Assembly (NCBI GenBank): GCA_022599775.1
Contig: JAHZLQ010000025.1
Span: 4,219-68,218, forward strand
Source: Gammaproteobacteria bacterium
Lineage (GTDB): Bacteria > Pseudomonadota > Gammaproteobacteria > Nevskiales > Nevskiaceae
Length of the DNA stretch: 64,000 bases
Reading direction: 5' to 3'
Under the pieces are notes generated by a model, which was not told where the DNA came from, did no database searches, and saw only the letters and a program-made list of their open reading frames with translations. Of this stretch, positions 1 to 8,504 are shown piece by piece; within the stretch, counting starts at the first letter, position 1; each line of letters starts with the position of its first letter. The position numbers and the translations under genes are program-made.

Positions 1-161
1 CCGATGTCAGGCAATCATTGAAACCGGACTTTGGGGTTCCGTTCGAACCTGTGCCTAGCCGCGGAATTGCTTCATCCGCCGCCAGGCTCAGCTTCGACAC
101 TTTCGGTGGCGCATTGCACGAATTCGCACCGGTACGGTTGGTCGCCCGCCCCTTGGTTTGA

Positions 162-190
162 TTGACGGGTCGAGGCAGTAATTCTAATAT
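162..190 (+). promoter_or_regulatory. sigma70-type promoter TTGACG-N17-TAATAT upstream of the amidohydrolase/ACAD/crotonase operon
   Basis: TTGACG at 162-167, a 17-nt spacer, then TAATAT at 185-190, in an AT-rich patch about 35 nt before the ATG at 227. Confidence 0.55.
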
Positions 191-201
191 ACGTAACGTA
201 T
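189..201. promoter_or_regulatory. perfect palindrome ATACGT-A-ACGTAT, candidate operator overlapping the -10/+1 region
   Basis: 6-1-6 inverted repeat read directly from the sequence; its position is typical of a repressor operator. Confidence 0.4.
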
Positions 202-226
202 TGCTAAATATATGGAGGAGTGTGCC

Positions 227-1426
227 ATGTCAACCTATACCGGTCCGATATTCGATTCGGACGAACATGTGATCGAGCCATTCGATTGCGCGGCGTGGAA
301 CGAGTACCTGCCGGAGAAGTACAAGAAGGACTGGAACTACCGTTGGGTGATTCAGGACAACGGTCAGATGGTGATGTACGTGGGGTCGAAGAAGATCCAC
401 GTGACGGAGGACTTCTACACTGCGGACCACAAGGTGCCGCCGCCGGGCAAGCTGCATGAATGGCTCAAGGCCATGAAGTCGGGCAAGGAGAACGTCGACA
501 TTCGCGAGGCGATGACGCCGGCGATGACCGACCGCGACGAGCGCGTGGCGCTGCTGGACGGGTTCGGCGTGGAGGGCACGTTGCTGTTTCCGGGCAACCA
601 CGTGGGCACGATCGGTTTTCTGGACGACGTGGACGCTGCGTATGCGATCAACCGCTCGTACAACCAGTGGTTCGATGAGACCTGGGGCTTCAACTACAAG
701 GATCGGATCTTCGCCACGCCGCTGATCTCGCTGGACGACGTTGAGCGGGCCTGCGAAGAAGCCCGCTGGGCGATCAAGCGCGGCGCTCGGGTGATCCTGA
801 TGCCATTGGGTCCGGTGAACGGCAAATCGCCGGCCGACCCGGCGCACGACGCCTACTGGTCGATCCTCAACGAAGCCAAGGTCAATGTCGCCTTCCATGT
901 TTCGGAAGCGCGCTACATGCACGAGCACATGCGCATCTGGGGTGACCAGCCGCTGCAGTCACGCTACCGTCAGACTGCGTTCACCTGGTTGCATTTCTAT
1001 GGAGAACGCCCACTGATGGAGACGCTATCGTCGTTTATCTTCTTCAACTTCTTTGCGCGCTTTCCGAATATCAAACTGATCAGTGTGGAGAACGGCGCGG
1101 AGTGGGTGCCAGGTTTGCTGACACGCATGGACAAATCACGCGGCATGGCGCGCAACGGCCATTGGCCGTGCGGGCAGTTGGAGCAGCGTCCGAGCAAGAT
1201 ATTCCGCGAGAACGTGTTCGTGGTGGCGTACCCGGAAGACGATCTGGCGGGGATCATCGCGGGCGCTGGCGGCGGCGAGTTTCTGGTGATGGGTTCGGAC
1301 TGGCCACACGCCGAGGGCGTGGCGACGCCAGCGCAGTTCGCCGACGAAGCCTGTGCCACGCTGAGCCAGGACCAGACTCGCAGCATCATGTATGACAATC
1401 CGAGACGTTTCCTCGCCGAAGTCTGA
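227..1426 (+). CDS. amidohydrolase-2 family metal-dependent hydrolase/decarboxylase (TIM-barrel)
   Basis: ORF 212-1426; N-terminus MSTYTGPIFDSDEHVIEP and C-terminal SDWPHAEG are typical of the family; GGAGG at 214-218 favours the ATG at 227 over 212. Confidence 0.8.
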   Translation: MSTYTGPIFDSDEHVIEPFDCAAWNEYLPEKYKKDWNYRWVIQDNGQMVMYVGSKKIHVTEDFYTADHKVPPPGKLHEWLKAMKSGKENVDIREAMTPAMTDRDERVALLDGFGVEGTLLFPGNHVGTIGFLDDVDAAYAINRSYNQWFDETWGFNYKDRIFATPLISLDDVERACEEARWAIKRGARVILMPLGPVNGKSPADPAHDAYWSILNEAKVNVAFHVSEARYMHEHMRIWGDQPLQSRYRQTAFTWLHFYGERPLMETLSSFIFFNFFARFPNIKLISVENGAEWVPGLLTRMDKSRGMARNGHWPCGQLEQRPSKIFRENVFVVAYPEDDLAGIIAGAGGGEFLVMGSDWPHAEGVATPAQFADEACATLSQDQTRSIMYDNPRRFLAEV

Positions 1427-1464
1427 AGGCGCGCCAACCTCAACTGAACTTCTGGGGGATCGGA

Positions 1465-3687
1465 TTGCTCAATCTGGAATTGACCGAAGAGCAGCAGCTC
1501 ATGCGCGACAGCGTTGCGCGCCTGTTCTCGAAAGCGGGCCTGCGTGAGCGGGGCGCGATGTCGGGTTCGGCGATGCTCGATCTGGGCCTGTGGCGCAGTG
1601 CCGCCGAGGCGGGCGTGCTGTCGCTACTGGTGCCCGAGAGTGCCGGCGGCGTTGGTTTGGGCATGCTCGAAGCCAGTCTGGTCGCGGAGGTTGTCGGTGA
1701 GTGCCTAGTGGCGCTGCCCGTCATCGAAGGCATGGTGGTGGCCGCGTTGCTGGCGAGATTCGATTCCGGACCGGTCGTGACAGATTGGCTCTCGCGCCTT
1801 TGCGCGGGCGATGTTGTGGTGACCCTGGTGCCTGCGGCATTGGGCGACAGGAGGGAATCGTCCCTGATTCCCGGTGGCGGTCTTGCCGATGCGGTCCTGT
1901 ACTGGGATGGTGACGCGCTCAATTTGGGCGTGCCATCGGTTCGCTGCGCAACGCCAGCGAACCTTGGTGAGCTGCCGCTGGCGCGCTTCGACCCATCCGC
2001 TGCCGAGCGTCACGTTGTATCCGAAGGGGTAGCCGCGCGCGCCGCATTCGAAGGCGCCGTCGATCAGTGGCGGCTGTTAGTCGCCGCCATGTTGTTGGGT
2101 ATGGCCAAGGAATCGCTGCGTCAGGCTGCAACGTATGCCTGCGAACGCAACGCCTTCGGTCGTCCGATCGGCGGCTTTCAGGGCATCGCGCATCCGCTGG
2201 CTGATGTCGCAACCGATGTCGAGGGTGGGCGGCAGCTCGTCCGCTATGCGCTGTGGTCGATTGCGACCCGCGCACAGGATGCCGCTGCGATGGCCCCGGC
2301 GGCCTGCTGGTGGGCGGCAGAGTCGGCGCAGACCGCAAGCCTGCGCGCAATGCGGACGTTCGGCGGCTACGGACTGGGACTGGAATCGCAGGCCCAGTTG
2401 TTCTGGCGCCGTTGCCGTGCATTGTCACTGCTAGCGGGCGGACCGGAAGCGCTGCTCGACCTGTCGGCGGATCGCCTCTGGAGTGCCGCAGGGCCGGATG
2501 CCGAATTGCCCCAGGTGGGCGAGATCGGAATCGACTTCGGCCTCGGCGAAGCCGCAGAGCGGATGGCGGAGCGGGCTCGCCGCTTCTTCTCGGAGCACAT
2601 GACCGACAAGCACCGCGAGTTCGTCTACACCTCCGGCGACGGACATGATGCCGAGATGGAACGCGCGCTGGCGGTCGCCGGCCTGCTGCATCCCGACTGG
2701 CCGGCCGAATATGGCGGGCAGGATTGCAGCGCGCTCGAAATGTCCGCGCTTTATCGTGTCTATGGTGATTTTGCCTGGTGGGTGGCGCCTGCCAACACCA
2801 CCGACATGGTCGGCAAGATCGTCATGCGCTTCGGCTCGTCAACGCTCAAGGAAGAAGTGCTGCCGCTGCTCGCTTCGGGGCAGGCCAATTGCGCCCTGGG
2901 CTATTCCGAGCCGTCCTGCGGCTCAGACATTTTCGCCGCACGCACGCGGGCCGTGCGTGATGGCGATGGCTGGGTCATTGACGGCCAGAAGATGTTCACT
3001 TCGCAGGGGCATTTCGCGAAGTACTGCCTCATGCTCACGCGTACCGACACCGAGGCGGCCAAGCACGCGGGCCTGACGTTGTTCCTGTTGCCGCTGGACC
3101 AGCCCGGCTATGACCTCAACCGCGTTGATACGCTTGGCAACGAGCGCACCAACGTGACGTTCTACAGCGGCATGCGCGTGTCCGACGCCTACCGCCTGGG
3201 CGAAGTCAACGGTGGCGCCGCAGTGATGGCGGCGGCGCTTGCGCTGGAACAGAGCACCGGTGACTTCTTCCTTATCAGTCTGCGGCGCCTGTTCAAGCAC
3301 GCCGCGGCATGGGCCAAGGCATCCGGGCCGTCCGCCGCGCGGATTGAGCGGCCCATGGTTCGTAGGGTCTTGACGCGCCTTCATGTCCAGATCGCCGTGC
3401 TCGAAGCGCTGACTCGGCGCGCACAGTCGGCGGGCATGAAGAAACAGCGCGACCGCTCGCTGGGCCCGATGACCAAGTTGTTCGGCAGCGAGGCGATGGT
3501 GAGGTCCGCGGCCGAACTCATGGATGCTGCCGGCAGCGAGGTCCTCGTGAGCGAGCACAGCGATCTTGGCTGGATCGAACTCGAAGCCCGGCGCTCAATC
3601 GCAACCACGATCTATGCGGGCACCAGTGAAGTACAGCGCAGTATCATCGCCGAAACTGCGCTCGGTCTGCCGCGTAGCCGGAGCTGA
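1465..3687 (+). CDS. fused two-module acyl-CoA dehydrogenase (ACAD-ACAD)
   Basis: 740-aa ORF with a TTG start after GGGGGA; N-terminus LELTEEQQLMRDSV is a classic ACAD start; the second module has GYSEPSCGSDIFA and IYAGTSEVQRSIIAE. Confidence 0.8.
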   Translation: MLNLELTEEQQLMRDSVARLFSKAGLRERGAMSGSAMLDLGLWRSAAEAGVLSLLVPESAGGVGLGMLEASLVAEVVGECLVALPVIEGMVVAALLARFDSGPVVTDWLSRLCAGDVVVTLVPAALGDRRESSLIPGGGLADAVLYWDGDALNLGVPSVRCATPANLGELPLARFDPSAAERHVVSEGVAARAAFEGAVDQWRLLVAAMLLGMAKESLRQAATYACERNAFGRPIGGFQGIAHPLADVATDVEGGRQLVRYALWSIATRAQDAAAMAPAACWWAAESAQTASLRAMRTFGGYGLGLESQAQLFWRRCRALSLLAGGPEALLDLSADRLWSAAGPDAELPQVGEIGIDFGLGEAAERMAERARRFFSEHMTDKHREFVYTSGDGHDAEMERALAVAGLLHPDWPAEYGGQDCSALEMSALYRVYGDFAWWVAPANTTDMVGKIVMRFGSSTLKEEVLPLLASGQANCALGYSEPSCGSDIFAARTRAVRDGDGWVIDGQKMFTSQGHFAKYCLMLTRTDTEAAKHAGLTLFLLPLDQPGYDLNRVDTLGNERTNVTFYSGMRVSDAYRLGEVNGGAAVMAAALALEQSTGDFFLISLRRLFKHAAAWAKASGPSAARIERPMVRRVLTRLHVQIAVLEALTRRAQSAGMKKQRDRSLGPMTKLFGSEAMVRSAAELMDAAGSEVLVSEHSDLGWIELEARRSIATTIYAGTSEVQRSIIAETALGLPRSRS

Positions 3688-3703
3688 CGAAGAGGGGTAT
3701 ACG

Positions 3704-4510
3704 ATGTCGTCACATTTCACCTTGAGTGAATCCGACGGTTTGATCGAACTGGTGTTCGATCATCCGCAGAAACACAATGCGATCGACCTGCCGATGCTCG
3801 AAGGCCTTGCCGACGCACTGGAACGCCTCGCCACCAAGCCCGAGCTGCGCGTTCTGCTGATTCGTGCCAACGGCAAGTACTTTTCTTCGGGCGCAGATGT
3901 GGGTTCGCTGGTGATGCCGGACCTTGCGGGAAGTCCCAGCCGTTTCCGTCACGAGTACCGTCGCGGTGCGTTTCCGCTGCACGACATCTTCGACGAGATG
4001 GAACTGGTCGAAAAGCCCATCGTGGTGGCGCATCAGGGGCCTTGCCTGGGGGGCGCGCTGGAGATGTCGCTGTCCTGCGATTTCCGCCTGGCGGCCGAGA
4101 GTGCGCGTTACGGCCTGCCCGAAGCGGCAATGGGGTTGCTGCCGGGTTCCGGCGGCACCAGCCGGCTGACGCGGCTGGTCGGCACGCACTGGGCCCGCTG
4201 GCTGATCATCGCCGGGCGACAGTTCTCGGCCCAGCAGGCGCTGACCACGGGCCTGGTTCATGACGTGCTGCCCGATGAGGGCTTCGCCGAGGCGGCGAGG
4301 GCGTTCTGCCGTTCGCTGACACGCCAGCCTGCGGAAATGATCGCGGCCGCCAAACTGTCCATCGAGCTGTCGAAAGATCTCGACCGTGCCCAAGGCCGCA
4401 ACATCGAGCGCCTTTCCAACAGCAGCCTGATCTTCGGCGCCGAGCATGGCGAGCGCATCGCTGCACTCAGAAGCCGCCTTTCCATGAAGCCGGGCGAGGC
4501 CAAGGGTTAG
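3704..4510 (+). CDS. enoyl-CoA hydratase/isomerase (crotonase) family protein
   Basis: Internal ATG at 3704 after GAGGGG; LIELVFDHPQKHNAID, FSSGADV and GPCLGGALEMSLSCDFR are crotonase-like. Confidence 0.85.
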   Translation: MSSHFTLSESDGLIELVFDHPQKHNAIDLPMLEGLADALERLATKPELRVLLIRANGKYFSSGADVGSLVMPDLAGSPSRFRHEYRRGAFPLHDIFDEMELVEKPIVVAHQGPCLGGALEMSLSCDFRLAAESARYGLPEAAMGLLPGSGGTSRLTRLVGTHWARWLIIAGRQFSAQQALTTGLVHDVLPDEGFAEAARAFCRSLTRQPAEMIAAAKLSIELSKDLDRAQGRNIERLSNSSLIFGAEHGERIAALRSRLSMKPGEAKG

Positions 4511-4546
4511 CTCGCTTCAGCATATTTTAGCCGGGGTAGAGTAAGC

Positions 4547-5350
4547 ATGCCGAGCATCGACCTGGACTATCCCGCGAAGGGAGTCTGCCGCATCACCCTG
4601 AACAATCCCGAGGTGCTGAACGGCTTCGCGTTCGAGATGTACGACGAGATGGTCAACATTCTCGAAAAAATCAAGTACGACACTTCGATTCGTGTGGTCG
4701 TGCTCACCGGTGCTGGACGTGCCTTTTGCTCGGGTCACTGGGTCGGTGCTCCGGGGCGCCAGCCTTGGATGGAGGAGAACCTCGGCCCTATTCAGCAGGA
4801 CATGTACTCGATGGCGCGCATCAAGCAGATTCCGTTGGGGCTGCGCACGCTGCCGCAACCTGTGATCTGTGCGCTCAATGGGCCGGCGGCGGGCTTCGGT
4901 GTCGCGCTTGCGCTGGTTTCCGATATCGTCGTCGCCGGCACGTCGGGCGAGTTCGTCAACGCATTTCACAACGTCGGCGTCGGCTCCGAAATCGGCGTCA
5001 GCTATTTGATGTCGCGCATGATCGGCAGTCAGCGTACTGCGGACTTTTTGTTTAACGCGCGGCGTGTGGGGGCCGAAGAAGCTGCGCGCATCGGGCTGGT
5101 GCTGAAAGTGGTGGACGACGAGCGTCTCGCCGACGAAGTGATCGCCTACGCGACCGGCATGATGGAGAACAGCCCGTTGGGGCTGTGGTTGACCAAGCAG
5201 GCCCTGCAGGCCAATGTCGCCGGAACCAGCTACGAGGCCGCCCTTGATCTCGAAATTCGCGGCGTTTCGATGTCCAAGGCCACAGAAGATGGACGCGAGA
5301 AGCGCATGTCCAAGTTCTGGGAGCGGTCTCCGATATTCACCAATCGTTGA
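4547..5350 (+). CDS. enoyl-CoA hydratase/isomerase (crotonase) family protein
   Basis: 267-aa ORF; VVVLTGAGRAFCSG and ALNGPAAGFGVALAL resemble oxyanion-hole segments. Confidence 0.85.
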   Translation: MPSIDLDYPAKGVCRITLNNPEVLNGFAFEMYDEMVNILEKIKYDTSIRVVVLTGAGRAFCSGHWVGAPGRQPWMEENLGPIQQDMYSMARIKQIPLGLRTLPQPVICALNGPAAGFGVALALVSDIVVAGTSGEFVNAFHNVGVGSEIGVSYLMSRMIGSQRTADFLFNARRVGAEEAARIGLVLKVVDDERLADEVIAYATGMMENSPLGLWLTKQALQANVAGTSYEAALDLEIRGVSMSKATEDGREKRMSKFWERSPIFTNR

Positions 5351-5394
5351 GATGATTTGCTGCAGGCACTAGGCGGCGTCTGCAACAAATCATT
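5351..5394 (+). terminator. 15-bp imperfect hairpin immediately after the crotonase stop codon (no T-tract)
   Basis: GATGATTTGCTGCAG (5351-5365) pairs with CTGCAACAAATCATT (5380-5394): 13 Watson-Crick pairs plus 1 wobble out of 15. Confidence 0.35.
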
Positions 5395-5474
5395 AGCGAT
5401 TGGCTTGGCCTGCGGGCGCAGTTTTGTTGTTCGTCGTCGACCACTGTGACTAACACTTTGCGGCAGACGCCGCC

Positions 5475-5777
5475 CTAACGCTGGGCTAGGGCGCCTGACG
5501 TAATGCGGAATTCATTCACTTCCACGCTGGCCTTTCCGATGCGAACCACCGGCGCATCGGCATAGACCGCACGCGCGTCCTCGAGAGAATTGGCTACCAG
5601 GATCGCAAGCCCGCGTCCCTGAATGGCCGGGGCCACACCGGCAACCAGCAAGCGGCCCTGAAGCGTGAGCCCTTGCAAAAAATCCCTTTGTTCTTGAAGT
5701 TCGGACGGCTCTAGGGCGGATTTGAGTGAGAGGTCGACCAGGAAGTGCTTGGTCGTGTTGGGGGTTGGTGGCGACAT
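5475..5777 (-). CDS. YciI-like small protein
   Basis: 100-aa ORF; its size and the RLLVAG...ILVANSLEDARAVYADAPVV pattern resemble the YciI/DGPF fold family. Confidence 0.5.
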   Translation of the reverse strand: MSPPTPNTTKHFLVDLSLKSALEPSELQEQRDFLQGLTLQGRLLVAGVAPAIQGRGLAILVANSLEDARAVYADAPVVRIGKASVEVNEFRITSGALAQR

Positions 5778-5854
5778 GACTGACTCCTATGCTAGCTGTT
5801 GCGGACTCGCCGCTGCTGCGGTCGCATCCGGTTTGTGGAAGTGCGACGCGCACG

Positions 5855-5883
5855 TTGACTTGAAAAACTCTACATTTCATAAT
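5855..5883 (+). promoter_or_regulatory. sigma70-type promoter TTGACT-N17-CATAAT for the HGD-like operon
   Basis: Hexamers at 5855-5860 and 5878-5883 with an exact 17-nt spacer. Confidence 0.55.
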
Positions 5884-5884
5884 C

Positions 5885-5899
5885 CATAATATATTCTGA
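5885..5899. promoter_or_regulatory. 15-mer CATAATATATTCTGA, copy 1 (identical copy at 20238-20252); candidate shared operator
   Basis: Exact 15-nt identity between two divergent intergenic regions; this copy starts 2 nt after the -10 hexamer. Confidence 0.45.
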
Positions 5900-5948
5900 A
5901 TTCGCAATCGAAAATCGATGGGCGGATAAGCACGATGGAGAAAGTCAA

Positions 5949-7127
5949 GTGCCCCAATACCGCTCGGCCGGGACCCTGCCTCCCAAGCGGCATACGCAGT
6001 TCCCCATAAGCAAGTCTGCAATCGCTTATGAGGAGATGTTTACGATGCAAGGCTTCGGCGATATCTATTCGCTGCTCTACCATGCCCATCCACCGACGGA
6101 AGTTTTGGAGATCGAGCCTTCGATACCGGTGCCGACCCTGGAATGGACGTGTGAAAGCCATCGGCATCATCTGCTGGATGCTGCTGCGCTGGCGGGCGGA
6201 GGTAATTTCTTTGAGAGTCGCCGGCCGCTGTTCTTCAATGACGACATTACGGTGTCCATTGCATCGCCGGACCAATCGGATGAATGCTTTTATCGCAATG
6301 CGCTGTGCGATGAGTTGGTCGGCGTTGGTAAAGGTGAAGGGGAGCTGCATACACCGTTCGGTGTGATTCGATACGGCCCGGGTGATCTGATCGTCATTCC
6401 GCGTGGAACGACGCAGTTTTGGAAGTTCGACGCGTCGTCGGAGCAGCTTCTGCTAGTGATTGAATCGAAATCGACGATCACGCCGCCGTCACGGTATCTG
6501 ACGCGCCTCGGCCAGTTTGCATTCCATTCGCCGATCAGCGAACGGGACGTGCGTGCCCCGCAATTCGCAGAGCCCCGTGTGCAGCGCGGGCGTTTTCGCA
6601 TCCGCATCAAGACCGGTGATCAGCTGACGGTCTACCACTATGCCCGGCACCCGTTTGACGCCCTGGGTTGGGACGGATACCTCTACCCCTACGCGATCAA
6701 CATGCGCGAGTTCGAGCCGGTCACGCGCCGCATTCATACGATGCCCGACCAGGCGCAAATTTTTGAAACCAATGGTGCGGCGATCTGCTGCCTGGTTCCA
6801 CGCCTGCTCGATTACCACCCCAAGGCCATTCCGGCTCCGCCTTACCATTCCAGTGTCGATGTCGACGAGATCATCTTCAACATGTCGTCCACCTTCATGG
6901 GTTGGAAGCGCCCTTCGCTGGGCGTGATGACGTTCCATCCGCGCGGCATCGTGCATGGCTCCAAGCCGGGAGGCTATGAGGGTTCGATCGGCATGAAGGA
7001 GTTCGATGCATTCGCGTTGATGATTGATGCAGCCAACCCGTTGAAGCTCACGCGCTACGCGCAGCAGTGCGATGACGTTTCCTATCCGAGCGTGTGGCTC
7101 GAAGAGCCCGCAGCTGCTGCAGATTGA
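5949..7127 (+). CDS. homogentisate 1,2-dioxygenase-like cupin dioxygenase (short form)
   Basis: 392-aa ORF with a GTG start after GGAG; the C-terminal FHPRGIVHGSKPGGYE...AFALMIDAANPL resembles the HgmA metal-site region. Confidence 0.65.
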   Translation: MPQYRSAGTLPPKRHTQFPISKSAIAYEEMFTMQGFGDIYSLLYHAHPPTEVLEIEPSIPVPTLEWTCESHRHHLLDAAALAGGGNFFESRRPLFFNDDITVSIASPDQSDECFYRNALCDELVGVGKGEGELHTPFGVIRYGPGDLIVIPRGTTQFWKFDASSEQLLLVIESKSTITPPSRYLTRLGQFAFHSPISERDVRAPQFAEPRVQRGRFRIRIKTGDQLTVYHYARHPFDALGWDGYLYPYAINMREFEPVTRRIHTMPDQAQIFETNGAAICCLVPRLLDYHPKAIPAPPYHSSVDVDEIIFNMSSTFMGWKRPSLGVMTFHPRGIVHGSKPGGYEGSIGMKEFDAFALMIDAANPLKLTRYAQQCDDVSYPSVWLEEPAAAAD

Positions 7128-7135
7128 GGGTAGGT

Positions 7136-8419
7136 ATGAACAAGACCAAGCCGGGACTCATGCAGAGCCTGCAGAATCCGCAGGGCGCCAATTTCAGCCT
7201 CGAAACCGTGCCCGAGGGGATCGAGTACCGTCCTGTCGGATTGACGTCTGAGGATGGAGCGATTTCGAAGGGCCTGTTTTGGCGGCTCAGGGGCGCGCGC
7301 CCGAAGGTGGGGGTGCATCTCATGCATCCGCGCACGGATCAGTCGCAGAATTACAACATCCTGCCGCTGGCGGCCGCCGGTTACGCCGTGCTGGGCCGTG
7401 CCTCGCGCTGGCCCAACAATGATGTGGCGACGATACACGAGCGCCTGTTGCTTGATGTGGCGGCGGGCGTGAAGTTTCTGCGCGAGCAGGGCTGCGAGCG
7501 CGTCATTTTGCTCGGCAACAGCGGCGGCAGTTCGCTGGCGGCGTACTACCAGGCGCAGGCCTCGGCGCCGAAAGGTTCCCGCCACACGCATACGCCGGCC
7601 GGGGATCCGCTCGATCTCAATCAGTACGATCTGCCGCCCGCCGATGGCGTGGTGATTGTGGCCGGGCACGTTGGCCAGGGCATGCTGATCGGCAAGATGA
7701 TCGACCCGGCGGTGGTGGACGAGAATGACCCGCTAGCTACCGATCCCGCCCTGGATATGTACAGCCCGGCGAACGGTTTCGATACCCAGTCCGGCACCGG
7801 ACGCTATGCGCCGGAATTCCTGGAGCGCTTCCGCGCGGCGCAGACCGCGCGCGTGCGCCGCATCGATACCATTGCACGGCAACTCATCGGCCAAGCGCGC
7901 GACGCCGCCGGCTTTGCGGCGTCGTCGAGCGGCGACCCTGATGCCGAGCGCCGCGCGCTGCTCGCCTCCAAGGTGGGTTGGCACATGGTGGTCTACCGCA
8001 CGACGGCGTACCCGGCCTTCGTCGATCTGTCGATCGAACCCGATGATCGCATCGTCTACAGCTACTTCAGCGCACGTCCTGATCTCGAAAATCACGGAGA
8101 GAACGGCTTTGCGCGTTACGTCACGCCGCGAGCCTGGTTGTCCACCTGGAGTCCCGAGTCGAGCCATGCGCGCACGATCGACAATCTGGCGCGTATTCGC
8201 GAGCCACTGCTCGTCGTCCACTACGCCGGCGATGCCGCGACGCGCATTTCGGAAGTCGAGGCGATGCGTGCGGCGTGCGGCTCCGAAGACAAGACGCTCG
8301 AAGTGATTCGTGGCGTGGAGCATTACGGCCACATGCTGAAAGACTCCACGCGCAAGCAGCGATCGTCGCTGGGCACCGACAAGGTCGTTGGCTGGATGCA
8401 GGAACGCTTCCCCGTCTGA
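7136..8419 (+). CDS. alpha/beta-fold hydrolase
   Basis: ATG at 7136 after GAGGG; nucleophile elbow GNSGG in VILLGNSGGSSLAAYY. Confidence 0.7.
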   Translation: MNKTKPGLMQSLQNPQGANFSLETVPEGIEYRPVGLTSEDGAISKGLFWRLRGARPKVGVHLMHPRTDQSQNYNILPLAAAGYAVLGRASRWPNNDVATIHERLLLDVAAGVKFLREQGCERVILLGNSGGSSLAAYYQAQASAPKGSRHTHTPAGDPLDLNQYDLPPADGVVIVAGHVGQGMLIGKMIDPAVVDENDPLATDPALDMYSPANGFDTQSGTGRYAPEFLERFRAAQTARVRRIDTIARQLIGQARDAAGFAASSSGDPDAERRALLASKVGWHMVVYRTTAYPAFVDLSIEPDDRIVYSYFSARPDLENHGENGFARYVTPRAWLSTWSPESSHARTIDNLARIREPLLVVHYAGDAATRISEVEAMRAACGSEDKTLEVIRGVEHYGHMLKDSTRKQRSSLGTDKVVGWMQERFPV

Positions 8420-8504
8420 GCCCTTGCGTAAAGCCCTGCGGTGCACGGGCGGTGTTCGTTCGAGTGCCTTCAAACCCTGCCCCCCCTGATTGAGGATGCA
8501 AGTG

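Noticed and set aside
212-226. ATG at 212 as the start of the amidohydrolase
   Set aside because: The GGAGG at 214-218 sits inside that extension and is correctly spaced for the ATG at 227. The family N-terminus also begins at MSTYTG.
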